Source: Marsupella aquatica
Taxonomy: Eukaryota; Plantae; Marchantiophyta
Assembly: GCA_973895155.1 (NCBI GenBank)
Contig: OZ316893.1
Coordinates: forward strand, 4,384,490 to 4,448,489
DNA length: 64,000 bases
Direction of reading: 5' to 3'
Numbering within the stretch: position 1 is the first letter of the stretch; each line of letters begins with the position of its first letter. This document shows, in pieces, positions 41,126 through 53,178 of the stretch. Made by a program: the position numbers and the translations under genes. The notes under the pieces were generated by a model. That model saw nothing but the letters and a program-made list of their open reading frames with translations, had not been told where the DNA came from and did not search any database.

Positions 41126-41854
41126 TTAATCTGATCTCATGCCGACTATTATTTTGGAAGCGTCCAAAATTGGGCGTCTGTTAAATTGCTCTACTAGATA
41201 TCTATCTCCATGCCTCTGAATCACAGGGTCTTCCCATAGAGTATGATTATAATCATAATCTCTAAAAATAGATTTAACTGACCAATCAGGATAATCTCTT
41301 CCATTGGCAATGACAAGCGGCTCACAAGAGTTTGCTAGCTTGCTAAGATACGGAATCAGCAAGTTAATCAGGAAACTGTCGTCGACCGACCCAAAATATT
41401 TGGGCGGAAATAATGATCCAACAACAGGATCGAAACAAGCATGAACCGCATCGGATTCGATAAGCATTATATTTTGCTGCAGATACGCCTTCGTATAAAT
41501 TCCAACCTTCTCAAAACACTTCAAAAATATCCGCTTATTTGATGTCACCCCATGGCATAAGTAACAATGAAACTGATCCCAAATATACTTAAATGAGGCC
41601 ATTTCCATCGCAGTAAAAATAGATGCTAAAATCTGATGTAAAAGGATCTTCCCAAGAGAGGACTAGATCCCTACATCAAAATTCTCAAAACAGAATCTCA
41701 AGAATTCATGAAGATGAGGCCTTGGAAAAATGTATATATTCCCAATCCAAATTCCAGTTGAGACCGCCATCAGTCAGGAATGCGGTGCAGTGTAACAGAG
41801 TAGATGCTCCACGTCTAAAACTATGAGCCCATTTTCTCTGTTGCAATGAATCTC
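41126..41854 (-). pseudogene. FCP1/SCP-like (NIF) HAD phosphatase domain exon 3, two in-frame stops
   Basis: Acceptor ctctacag|GAG at 41854; GLIVLDVEHLL...IFPRPHLHEFLRFCFENFDVGI*SS...IMLIESD...LIPYLSKL; 243 codons in one frame. Confidence 0.75.
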
Positions 41855-41940
41855 CTGTAGAGAAACACAAGAAGATGCATGAGCCTGTATGGATGTAGTC
41901 ACGCGAATGGTCACATCACATATTACAGAGACAACATCCT

Positions 41941-42648
41941 CTACACTCTGGCCATTGATAAGTGACGTCTGTTGAAGTGCTTGATAAGAACTTGATCCGC
42001 ATGTCTCTGCACGTACAGATGCTCCCATATATCCTCGTTCAGATCCCAATCTCGATGTAGATTTCTAATCGACCAGATGGGATAATCAAACTTGTTAGCG
42101 AACGCAAGACAAAGCCCTGAATTTGATAGCTTCCGTAAATATGGAATGAGGTCATCCCTCAAAAAGACATCATCCAACGATCCTTGAAACGACTTAGCAA
42201 ACAATAATCCGCATACAGCTGTCTGGCATGTATGGGAAGGACAGGCATCAATCTGGATTATATTCTCTGGTCGATAATCTTGAAACATATCACGTAGTCT
42301 CTCGATAGATTTGAAGACAACAGTCTTATAATTTTTCTTCACATAACCAAGATTCCAGCAATGATCCCGCGTGAACACATATATCAGTTGCGACAGGTCG
42401 GTGCTCGACAACACTTCTGAAAGTATCTGATAAACCAGTTTATCGTCGAGAATAGACCAGACCATCACATCAAAATGATCATAATAGAATTTTATAAGAT
42501 CATGAAGATGCGGCCTCGGAACGACACATAGAGATCCGATACAAATTTTGGGTGTTGACTTGAGCTGAGGAGTATATTTTGAAACAGAGCACAAGAAGTT
42601 TTCCAGTCCTAAAACTAGAAGTTGACGCGACCTGCTCCACTTAGACAC
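41941..42648 (-). CDS. FCP1/SCP-like (NIF) phosphatase-like domain exon 2 (catalytic Asp motif degenerate)
   Basis: Acceptor catttacag|GTG at 42648; QLLVLGLENFLC...VVPRPHLHDLIKFYYDHFDVMVWS...IIQIDACP...LIPYLRKL; open frame. Confidence 0.75.
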   Translation of the reverse strand: MSKWSRSRQLLVLGLENFLCSVSKYTPQLKSTPKICIGSLCVVPRPHLHDLIKFYYDHFDVMVWSILDDKLVYQILSEVLSSTDLSQLIYVFTRDHCWNLGYVKKNYKTVVFKSIERLRDMFQDYRPENIIQIDACPSHTCQTAVCGLLFAKSFQGSLDDVFLRDDLIPYLRKLSNSGLCLAFANKFDYPIWSIRNLHRDWDLNEDIWEHLYVQRHADQVLIKHFNRRHLSMARV

Positions 42649-42779
42649 CTGTAAATGAACAATTCGATTCTCATATTATGCAATTGCAAACAACCGCGCG
42701 ACCGGGCGCGTCACTCCCAAAATATAAAGTTCAATTTCAATCAATTTATAAATAATAATTGATAATAAACAATAAACGT

Positions 42780-43685
42780 TTACTTATTGGACTTATCCCG
42801 GGCTTCTATAGCACGGTCTTTTTCGGCAGATAAGTATTTCATAAATTCGTCAAACTTTTCTAAATGGTCTTTATTCCCCTGATTACGAATGATCACATTT
42901 CTCCTCCAAAGATTCGTCTTATCAATATAATCTTTCTCAAGGTTTTCTTGAGAGAACGTTGGAATCCCATATCCACTAAGGAGCTCGCGGAATGTCAACT
43001 TGTCAATTGTCATGTGGCATAGATATGGATATAGTTTCTTTCTAAAAAATAGGTCATCATCGAGCCCAAAATATGCATCGGGATACAACGATGAATAGAA
43101 GTCATTAAGGCTCATCTTATATGCAGCATCATCGATAAGAATGACATTCTTGATGTTGTAATCTTTAATATCGGCGGCAATGTCGGAGAGACATTTGACA
43201 AATAAGGGGATGTCATTATTATTCTTCCCAATAAGTCGAGTTGATTCTTGTCCCCATATAAATTTAATACGTTTCAAAACTTCGGGTCGAAGTATCAACC
43301 TTACACAAGATAGAATATTCCGTTTGAACATGCACGACCAGATCGCAATGTCGTATAGATCTGCCACCTTCTCAAGAAATTCCATTAAATCAGGCCTTGG
43401 ATAGATAACCTTGTGCATCTGTCTCACACCCCTTGACCGAATGGGCATCCTAGGGCTGATCTTCTCTGACCAGATAAGTACCCGATTCAGATCAAAAATT
43501 ACAAGTCTCTTCTGAACCGGTGACTTCTTTGCCGATGGATTAGGCGCCATCTGTACCTGTGATTTTTGTGCCGCAGGGTTTGGAGAACGTACTAGAACGG
43601 TCTGTTTGTTTCCCGCCTCCGGACGATCACCGGACTTCCGGACTGGTGCCTTTGATACTCGATCAATGGGTTTCGGGATAGGCTT
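42780..43685 (-). CDS. FCP1/SCP-like (NIF) HAD phosphatase domain exon 1 (terminal exon of the large cargo gene)
   Basis: Acceptor ttttacag|AAG at 43685; KRLVIFDLNRVL...YPRPDLMEFLEKVADLYDIAIWS...NVILIDDAAYK; open frame. Confidence 0.82.
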   Translation of the reverse strand, partial: KPIPKPIDRVSKAPVRKSGDRPEAGNKQTVLVRSPNPAAQKSQVQMAPNPSAKKSPVQKRLVIFDLNRVLIWSEKISPRMPIRSRGVRQMHKVIYPRPDLMEFLEKVADLYDIAIWSCMFKRNILSCVRLILRPEVLKRIKFIWGQESTRLIGKNNNDIPLFVKCLSDIAADIKDYNIKNVILIDDAAYKMSLNDFYSSLYPDAYFGLDDDLFFRKKLYPYLCHMTIDKLTFRELLSGYGIPTFSQENLEKDYIDKTNLWRRNVIIRNQGNKDHLEKFDEFMKYLSAEKDRAIEARDKSNK

Positions 43686-43771
43686 CTGTAAAATATTAAG
43701 AAATGAAAATAATTTTATAACGCAAACGGTCGTGTGACTACAAAGAGAGACACTGAAATGAAGTGTATTAC

Positions 43772-44565
43772 CTGTACAAGACGGTCGTTCAGTGCTGGAA
43801 TTCCGCCAGAAATATCAATCATAGCAGCACGGATCCCGGTAACTAGGTTACTTGCGAACGTCGACTTGCGGAAGTCCATGTCAAATAACGACAAGACTAT
43901 CTCCCTACGGAATTTCTCAATTTGATCCGTGGAAAAATTAATTTTGTTTCCTTGACACAGGCACTTGGCGTATCTCAAGATAAACACACCACAACTGTGG
44001 CCGTCACTCTAGTGAGGAATATCATTCCGATATGTCCGTTCCCAACCTGAGAGATCCAAGTTGACACCAGTTCTCCAGCCAATTTTGTCGGCGTAGTACT
44101 TCCCTTGAACAATATCTAGCACCCCAGGATTTTGTCGATTATGAACTAGAGAATCTAGGTACTCGAGCCGTTTCTCCTTTGGATACACAACTACCAATGA
44201 CCAATGTTCTTTCATAGCATTGTGTACTGGAAAGACCTATTTGTCGTATTCACTGATTTTTAGCGGAAACTCCTTTGTCCAAGCTGCTCTCTCCTCATCA
44301 AAAATCGTAGGATCCATGGAGAGAAGCTCAAAATGGTGTGTTTGGAAGAATTTGACAAGGTCTGACTTTCCAACTCTATCGAGAATCAGTTCGAGAAAAC
44401 TCAAATAAGCATTAATTATATCATCGGTGAGCAACTCGCGCGGTCTCAGACACATCATATGTTTCCTCTTGATCAAGTGTTGTAAGAACTTGGTCAATAG
44501 CTCTTCCATATCCTCAGAAGGATCAAGGCATTGATCTATTCGATTAGCCAAATTTTCAAAAAACT
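43772..44565 (-). pseudogene. Ulp1/SENP (peptidase C48) SUMO protease domain exon with nonsense mutations
   Basis: LLTDDIINAYL...*VFPVH...EHWSLVVVYPKEKRLEYLDSL...IPH*SDGHSCGVFILRYA shows the His-Asp-(Gln)-Cys arrangement; donor cag|gtaata at 43772. Confidence 0.85.
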
Positions 44566-45399
44566 GCAAAAAACAGAGATTTCAGTACGCCTTCAAATAA
44601 CGTACTGAGGTTGTAGCCTAAGGGTTCTACCTCAGAAACAGAAACAATAACAAATCAATAATAAAATAATGACGTCTATAATAGAAACTTTAAGCTTATA
44701 GCTTGCAAATGACCTTTGGATTGGGTGGATCCGGCCTTTGCGCAGCTGATCTCTTGGGTGCCTCAATCGCAACAACATCCTTCAGCCCTCCTCGAGACCG
44801 CAGTGATCGCTCCACCGGACTAGTTTGCGAAGGTTGGAGCGATGAGGCGGGAAGACCTTCAAATGGTTGTGACATTTGATTCAAATATTCCACAATCTGG
44901 GAATCCGATTCCAAAATATCCGGTGCCACAATTTCTGCGCGAGTGACCTCTGCAATATATCGGGGTCGAGACCACGAACCCGGTCGCATCAAGTCAGCTG
45001 TTAGTCTCTTAACGACTTGAGCCGAGTCTGGTGCCAAAGACGTTCCCAGGTCTTGCACTCGATTCTCGGAAAAGAGGACATTATTGATGATTGTCTCCAT
45101 TCTGGATGCAGTGGCAGTCTTCTCCTCGGTAATCAAAAGACCCTTCCAATATTGCAAAGCAAGGACTGCCTGGACTAGGAGCTACTCCGGTGAATATTTA
45201 TTCCAATCATCCAACGAGACCGTTCTTAAGGGTGGATCGTTAAATTCAAACTCCGGGCGAAGAAAATAGTCTAATATTTTCTTCTTAACTGCAACTGAGG
45301 GTGAAGAAGGCTTCTTCAAATTCAACTTTATTTTTGGTAGACGTTGTGCCTCAGGAATAAGCAAAAGATCCTTGGCCCTCTCGTCCTCCTTCCTCGCTG

Positions 45400-46030
45400 C
45401 CTCCAGTCTTGCGGCTTCTTCCCTCTCCAGTCTTGCGGCTTCTTCTCTCTCCAGTCTTGCGGAATCAACCTTTTCCGCCTCCAACTTCTCCGCCTCCACT
45501 CTCCGGTCTTGCGGTCTCGTCCGCCATCCTATCGGCCAGCAGCCTCTCAGCCGCCACACTCTCCGCCTTGGCCCTATTTGCCTCTGTCACTAAAAGGACT
45601 CTCGCAGCCTCCGCTTTCTCAGCCTTCGCGTTCTTAGCCTCCGCTTTCTCGGCCTCCGCTTCCTCCGCCTCCGCTTTCTCAGCCTGGGCTTTCTCCGCCT
45701 CCGCTTTCTCAGCCTGGGCTTTCTCCGCCTCCGCTTTCTCAGCCTGGGCTTTCTCCGCCTCCGCTTTCTCAGCCTGGGCTTTCTCCGCCTCCGCTTTCTC
45801 AGCCTGGGCTTTCTCAGCCTCCGCTTTCTCCACCTCCGCTTTCTCAGCCTCGGCTTTCTCCTTCTTCTTCGGGGTAGTTGCTTTTCTAGCTGCCGCCTTT
45901 TTCTTCTTAGCCTCCTTCTTTTGAAGCTCCTCCTGCCGGGCCGCCTCCTACCGGGCCTCCTCCAGCCGGGCCTCCTCCTGCCGGGCTGCCTCCTCTCTGG
46001 CCTCCTCCTGCCGGGCCGCCTCCTCTCGGT
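45400..46030 (-). repeat. Coding tandem repeats (EEAARQ/LER and AEKAE/AQ) in the cargo gene
   Basis: 30-bp ttctccgcctccgctttctcagcctgggct array and 18-24-bp EEAAR arrays. Confidence 0.9.
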
Positions 46031-49000
46031 CCACCTCATGTCAAGGCTTCTGTGTGGCCTCTTCATTAGAGTCCTCAGCGTCCTCAGAACCCTCCATCTC
46101 CTCGTCCTCTTCATCAGCATCCTCAGCGTCCGTCATCTCCTCTCCGTCACTCTCTTCATCTCCTCTATTGTTGGAATCTCCGACGTCGTTCTGCGTATTG
46201 GTCATGCACTCTGGATCTTGGTCATTGACATCCCCATCCGCGTCACCTTCCGCGTCACCTTCCCCCTCACCATCCGCATCACCATTGCTCCCTGCATCCT
46301 CAACATTGAAGCTGCAGTCGACTTGATCTGAATAAAATTAGATCATTTGATAAGAATGACTCACGCGCATATTCGCGTGAAAAGAAATGTTAAGAATGTC
46401 CACGCGCATGTTCGCGTGACGCAATAAAAAGTAAGAGGTTTCAAAAGTAACCTACCTTGGATTGGCCCACTAGGGTACTCCGTTGGTCGAATGTACAATT
46501 GACCGAAATCTTCAGAGAGTGCATACTCTTGCAATAATTGATTACAAATATTATCAGGGATATGTTGTTTGTGGAGGACATCCAAAACATCAGCCCTGAG
46601 AGCAGTTATGGATGGACGGTACTTCATTAATTTATCTATACATTTTTCTATACTAGCCTGTACTGGGTCAATCAATGACAGCGTTGTATCAATTGTCGCC
46701 GTGGTGTGTTGCAAGAAACAAGATAACTCCCTATGCGTTGCCACAGGGCAGTAATATTTTACATTGGATCCAGCATCCTGTAAAAAAAGTCGAAATTAGT
46801 TCACAATATTAATTCAGAATATAATAATCTAAATAATCTTAATATCGAAACCCCAAAATATAAATCTCAAAACTTACCATTAAGCACTGGATCAAGTTCG
46901 TTCCCTCACCGAAGCATATAGCCCATTCCCCACATTGGACAAATTGACTAACAATACTTTCAAAGAATGGAAGTATCTTTTCTAGGGAAGGTGTCGTGAA
47001 CTCGCCGCTCTCTTCAAAATTGGCTGTCTTCTCAATCCGATATTTGGAGACCAATTGGAACTCAAGGGCTTGTGGATCGCCCATTGTGCTGAAGGCCAAG
47101 CTGTGAAAAGCGTAGGTTACAATAAGCTTCGTCTCCTTCGACAGCTTTTGAATATAATGGCTATCGACAGCAACGTAGTGTGTGTACTTCCCTAATTCCC
47201 GTTTGATTAAGTAAGACTCAACGGGAGAGGCTACAATAATAACCACATGGTGTGGTTTTGCCCCTATCTCGCTAGTAGCACGAAATAACCCCTCATAGAA
47301 TGAGCAATTTGGCGGACGCAAATCTCCCATTGATGAGGGATCAAAATAAATTAAGCTCACAAGTTCTTGTCTTCATGTATGATACAGTCTGCAAACCCAA
47401 CATTTTGTATATCCTGCAGGGATCGCAATTTCAGCCTCTCACCGACCGGCCGCACTAGTTGGTTTCCTTGACTATCAACTGATTTCTATATTCCTTCCAC
47501 CAACCTGTAGAATATCGGGTCGATCTCTTTCAACAAATTATCATTACTAATATTTACATTTAAGCACTTCTTCAGATAACCACTCAACGCATCTCTCAAC
47601 TGCTTCAGCACCATCTTGTCGAGCTTAAAGCGATCAATCATTCCTTTGACCCGCAATTTCCGCGCTGAATCTGTCAGACTTTTCAGCTCCGTCCGGATGG
47701 ATGTATCCCCGTTGAGTTTACTCAATAATAAAATCTCAAACTCAACTTTCGTCTTCTTCTTTATACAAAATTGCTCCAAACTCATGCTGGTCGTTGACAA
47801 CACTGGAGCCTCAGAGGACTTCCTCGCCTTCCCAGATTTCACTTTGATGCTTCGGTTTTTGAGTATAGACAGTCTTCCGCTCAACATATATTTTGCTACC
47901 TTTCGAAGAACCGAGTCTGAGCACCCTTGACAAGAACGGAACGTCTTCTTCAGAAGATGATAAGCACATGGATTATCCGCAATTTTGATGGCGTTCCTCT
48001 GTAAAATTCCATTGTAAATTACAAGCTCTCTTGTCCTTGATAGTTTGTAGACCTCCATCCACTTCTTGAATGTTTCGTCCTCCATTGTAAAGAGAAATGG
48101 AGCCAATTCTCCAAATTTCATCATTTTGTTCTTCCCCATTTGAGCCCATGGGCAAACAAAAGTCGTAGCTCTCATAAATACCTGAAAAACAATGGAAACA
48201 TGACAATTCTAAGATTGACGCGATCGTTCACGTGAGAAAAATTCTAAGCTTGACCCGACCGTTTGCGTGACAAAAGTTTAAACGATAATGTGATCAAAGA
48301 GGGTTATTTATATACCTTCCAATTTGGATGACGATAATGTGATCCAGGCCGCCCAAATGAGTTCCAGATATTACGACACTGTCGTACAATAGTGAGAAAC
48401 TGTCCTTCTTCCATTGATGTTTGATGACAGTGGTTCAGAGCTTTTCCCATCAAATGAACATTATTGTCGTTGTTGAGCGTTGCCCAAAACATTACAGCTT
48501 CTACAGTACCGCAAGCGTCTCGTACAACTTGGCTAACTTTGTCGTCCTCTTTCAGCAATTTGTATGTTGTTATTGTGTGCTGGCCTCCGAGTATCCAAAA
48601 ATGACTGGTCATAATATCCTCCTCCTTTGGCGCTGAATCGTAGGGCGCCCCATTGTAGTCGGGATCTCTGTCGGCCTCCGACTGAACCCACTTCACAGGG
48701 ACTAAAAAGCAGCATCGCTTTTCAAACTTTATAGCCGAATGAGAGAGGAGTGAATTCTTTAGCCTATCTGTGTAATCCTGATTCCACTCTCGGCGCTTGA
48801 TGTGGTCCGGTGCAAGATGACAACGTGATGTCTCAACAAAAAATGACTTGCTGTTAAATATATTCACAGCACTATATTCTTTGAGGAAAGAATTGAACAG
48901 AGCCCCGACATTCGCTGAGGTAATTACTTTCGGAAGATTCTCCGCCGAGTATACTTCAACCTTGGTCACTGGCAGGGCTTTTCCCAAGCAAAATCCCTGG

Positions 49001-50647
49001 TTGAAAGGAACTCTCTGGAACTCAAGTACGTCAATAATGTATTGACAAATAAAATCTCCCGTTGATCCCTCTGGATCGGAAGGATATCCCACACTAGTAA
49101 CCTTTTCCAAGGCGTGCCTTGCACCTAGAAGATCATCGATTCTGGGCTGATTGAAGGTTATATATTGCGTTCAATCCAAACAAATGCTTATTTTGTCCTC
49201 CTGTTGGTCGTCGCTGACTAGCAGAACCAATCCCTCTGTACACTCTTTAACTTTCATGTTCTTCTCAAAGAAACACCCAAGAATTTGTGATCTCTCCAAA
49301 ACTGTAGCTTTATCATTTTTTGCCACCACAAGACGGACAGCCCCATTGCGAACGACTATTCCAAAATCGGATATCTTAGTCGATTCAAAGAGATGGATAC
49401 TCTTTGTCTCCGTTGTTCTCTCTCTAATTGACTTTCCTCGATATGCAAGTATGGATGTCTCCGCGGGAGTCATTTTTGTCTTGGCTTTCTTACGAGAAGC
49501 AGCTTTAGACGAGTCTCTTTTCCGCTTTGAAGTTCCGGTAGGATCCATTCTGAAACAGACAAATATTGAAAGTTAAATGTTTATTATAAAATACTAACAC
49601 GCGCATGGTCACGTTGTGCCGAATTACATTTTAGGAACGTTTATCTTGACCCAATCTTCTTGCTCATCTTCATCTAACCAAAACCAAAGGTTCCTAAACG
49701 TGTCAAGCTCAGATCCTTCAAATCCACCCAGAATGTCCAGCGGCGGGAGAGTTCTGATGGATTCTGCCCTGGGCCCCCAACCTTTGTATAGTTAAGGGGT
49801 ATACGTACGTATGTCAGCCCCTTAACACATACCCCTTGTTATTTTTGGACACCAATAAAAATATATCTTGTTATTCTTAAAAATTTAAGTTTAGAGAATT
49901 TATTTGCCCCTTGCAGAAATTATAAATTGACAGTTAGTCACATTTATAAAGGTCTTGAAATTTTATAATCTTTGAGTAAATACAAAAGTGATTAAAGGTA
50001 TAGCATAAAATAATAGGTAGAGAGTGTTTGAATGGAGAAACATACTTAAACTTATTAGAAGACTCACTATGAACACAGTGACGGACCAAACGAGAAGTGT
50101 GACCACACTTCTTGTTTTGCCCGAGGCGAAAAAATTTTGTAAGGCAAAAAAGTCTTGGATACGGAATTAGTATTCCCCCTAAAAACTAGTTTTTCAAATT
50201 TAAAAAATGGGAAAAATCGACACGAATACGAAGATGGGATACGGCGTATCCCATTTCGGATCCAACTGCGGATTTCCAAAAAAAAATGAAAACAAACATA
50301 GTAAAAGTGCCGATATTGGTTTACCCGTCAAGAATATTCCCAAACAATTCTTCTCAACGGTAACATTTAACCGACTACGATGCAACTACAGTCAAATACT
50401 AACCACGGTCAGAGATAAAACTATAAATAGGAGATCACCGCTTGAGAATTTTCCGCTTATTTTTTCTTGCTCTGTATCCTCTTAGTACTCTCAACGAATG
50501 CACACCGTCTATACAAACTTGTATTCCCCGAAAATCAGATTTGACTAACAAATGAGAATCTTCATGGAAATGGCGAGGATGAATCCCAAATGGGATACGG
50601 CTTATCCATTAAGAACCTATCCATTAAGAACTGGGACCACCTAGATT

Positions 50648-51229
50648 CTAAGAAAATCTACCAAACCTTTCGATTAGAATATCTCGTTCTTCCTCATCTA
50701 AATAGTTATATTTGTTCGTAAACAATATGATTTTGTCAAAAGTAGTAGTCCCAAGAACAGATATTTCTGGAAGCATAAAAATATCCTGTCGAATAACTCG
50801 ACAGACTGAGTCAAACTCCAACTTGTCAGTTTCGGGTATGTAGAAAAGTGCTTCATTTGCGTCATCGACAATCCGATTTGCTTGTTTGAGGATAGCCCAT
50901 AACCTTGTATTTGTAACTAAAAACGTCCACTTCTTGCTACAAGCTCCAAGCCGAATAAGGTCTTAGACCCTATCGATAACCAAATCGTTATTGGGGTGTC
51001 GATATCGACGCAATCCTTCAATTGAAATAAAGTGTTTGTAGAGTATTGGCCAAATGTTTGAAATGACCAAAACATCTGGTATTCCTCCAATGAGACTAGA
51101 GGAGGTTTCATCCAACGTATCCCATATTGTTTTCTATTTCCTTTCATGAGATGAAAGGAAATCTCGAGCCTCATTCAAAAGTTGGCTCATCCTGCTTTTA
51201 TCATATCACAAAACATTGTTAGAAGACAT
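50648..51229 (-). pseudogene. F-box-like cargo gene 2 (in-frame stops)
   Basis: SLIGGIPDVLVISNIWPIL...LIRLGACSKKWTFLVTNTRLWAIL in a single frame from ATG 51229. Confidence 0.6.
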
Positions 51230-51255
51230 ACGACGCGCTTGGTCACGTAAGTTAA

Positions 51256-51850
51256 CTAGAATTCCTTAAAAGCGTAGATGTCACCCTCAAGGTATCCAAC
51301 TTTGTGGCATCTGACTGTAAATTTCCATTTTTCAAGAGGGTGAAGAGCATCGTAAGTCTTCGTGAAGAGTTCCCTAAGATCTCTTGACATTGATCCCATG
51401 AATTTAATTCTTGGGTATTTTTGGAAGAAACTTTGAACTGTCGATGAGAGAGACTCATTTCCGATCGGTTTAGTAGGATTTCTTGGGAAAGCCAAATCTA
51501 ATAAACTCAACTTGATTACACCCAGAAGATAGGTATTCCCAACAAGGTGGCGCCATCTGCGACACACCGAAGATAGTCCTACAAACTCATCCAAATTCCT
51601 TTATTGAGAAATTTCCTGCATTAGCCAAGGAATTAAAAGACTCCTTGATCCGAGGCCATATCAATTCCGCGACAATAAAATTTGGAAGTTCAGGTAGTAG
51701 TGTTTCAACAAATACAGAATATCCCGCTAGTAGACCATCTTGGCTTCTGTCCAAAACGTCAAATATTGGGCATAGATATCTGAAGCTCTCCAGACCAGGT
51801 TTGCCCATGACTCTTTTCAGCCAAATGATAGATCCAGAGATTATTTTCAC
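51256..51850 (-). pseudogene. F-box-like cargo gene 1 (one frameshift near 51590)
   Basis: TLLPELPNFIVAELIWPRI...(frameshift)...FVGLSSVCRRWRHLVG. Confidence 0.7.
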
Positions 51851-53035
51851 GCGACTGGTCGCGTCTACAAATCAGAATGTATAAACAATTCTTTGAGAGA
51901 CTGTGATTTTTTGGGGTCACAACGTGACAAATCATAAATGTTGCTTTGTCCTCTAACAGAACCAGTCAATGAGAGAGCTACCTCAGACGCGACTAGTCGC
52001 GTCAACTGATCCTAAATGGAACGGTACCTCCTCTAACAAAACCAGTCAATGAGAGATCTACCTCAGACGCGACTGGTCGCGTCAACTGATCCTAAATGAA
52101 ACCTTACCTCCTCTAACAGAACCAGCCAATGAGAGATCTACCTCAGACGCGACTAGTTGCGTCAATTGGTCCTAAAAGGAACCTTACGGTCTCCTCTAAC
52201 AGAACCACAGACGCGACTGGTCGCATCAATTGAACCTAAACAACTATATCCACTGAACCTTCCTAGTGGAGATTTGGATATGGTACGCGCTCAGTAAATC
52301 TATCCAGTTTCCTTCTCACACGCAATTGGTCGCATCAACTGGTCCTAAAAGGAACCTTACCTCCTCTAACAGAACCAGTCAATGAGAGAGCTACCTCAGA
52401 CGCGACTGGTCGCGTCAATTGAACCTAAACAACTATATCCACTGAACCTTCCTAGTGGAGATTTGGATATGGTACGCGCTCAGTAAATCTATCCAGTTTC
52501 CTTCTCACACGCAATTGGTCGCATCAACTGGTCCTAAAAGGAACCTTACCTCCTCTAACAGAACCAGTCAATGAGAGAGCTACCTCAGACGCGACTGGTC
52601 GCGCCAACTGAACCTAAACAACTATATCCACTGAACCTTCCTTGTGGAGATTTGGATATGGTACGCGCTCAGTAAATCTATCCAGTTTCCTTCTCACACG
52701 CGACTGGTCGCGTCAACTGGTCCTAAAAGGAACCTTACCTCCTTTAACAGAACCAGTCAATGAGAGAGCTACCTCAGACGCGACTGGTCGCGTCAACTGA
52801 ACCTAAACAACTATATCCACTGAACCTTCCTTGTGGAGATTTGGATATGGTACGCGCTCAGTAAATCTATCCTGTTTCCTTCTCACACGCGACTGGTCAC
52901 GTCAACTGGTCCTAAAAGGAACCTTACCTCCTCTAACAAAACCAGTCAATGAGAGAGCTACCTCAGACGCAACTGGCCGCGTCAACTGATCCTAAATGGA
53001 ACCTCACAATCTTTTCACGTGACTGGTCGCGTCAA
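51848..53035. repeat. Tandem array (~80-bp subunits growing into ~189-bp units) built around the palindrome ACGCGACTGGTCGCGT
   Basis: About 14 copies of the palindrome or CpG-decayed variants; unit starts near 52208, 52398, 52587, 52776 and 52965. Confidence 0.92.
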
Positions 53036-53124
53036 CAGCTCAAACAACTTTTGGACACTAGGATAATACAGTGATACAACTGTGATTACTGACCCGTACG
53101 GACAAGGAAATCCGAGTAAGCATG

Positions 53125-53178
53125 ATTTCATTCATTTGTATTCATTCATTTGTATTCATTCACTTGTATTCATTCATG
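53125..53178. repeat. 14-bp minisatellite (attcattcatttgt) x~4
   Basis: Read directly. Confidence 0.75.

Larger units (their letters stand above)
42780..49548 (-). pseudogene. Large spliced TE cargo gene: ParB-like, DNA amino-methyltransferase-like, acidic/EAAR/AEKA coiled-coil, Ulp1, NIF
   Basis: Inferred exons 49548-48316, 48181-46878, 46777-46456, 46327-~44714, ~44565-43772 and 43685-42780, with GT-AG ends and compatible phases where checked; several in-frame stops and frameshifts. Confidence 0.7.

Noticed and set aside
45409-46331. Plus-strand and Arg-rich ORFs (SASAFSAWAF, RRRRKPRLRK)
   Set aside because: Antisense or off-frame shadows of the AEKA/EEAAR coding repeat in the cargo gene.
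51848-53035. CRISPR-like array (palindromic repeats with intervening sequence)
   Set aside because: The intervening sequences are themselves repeated rather than unique spacers, no cas genes are present, and the context is eukaryotic; it is a tandem repeat.
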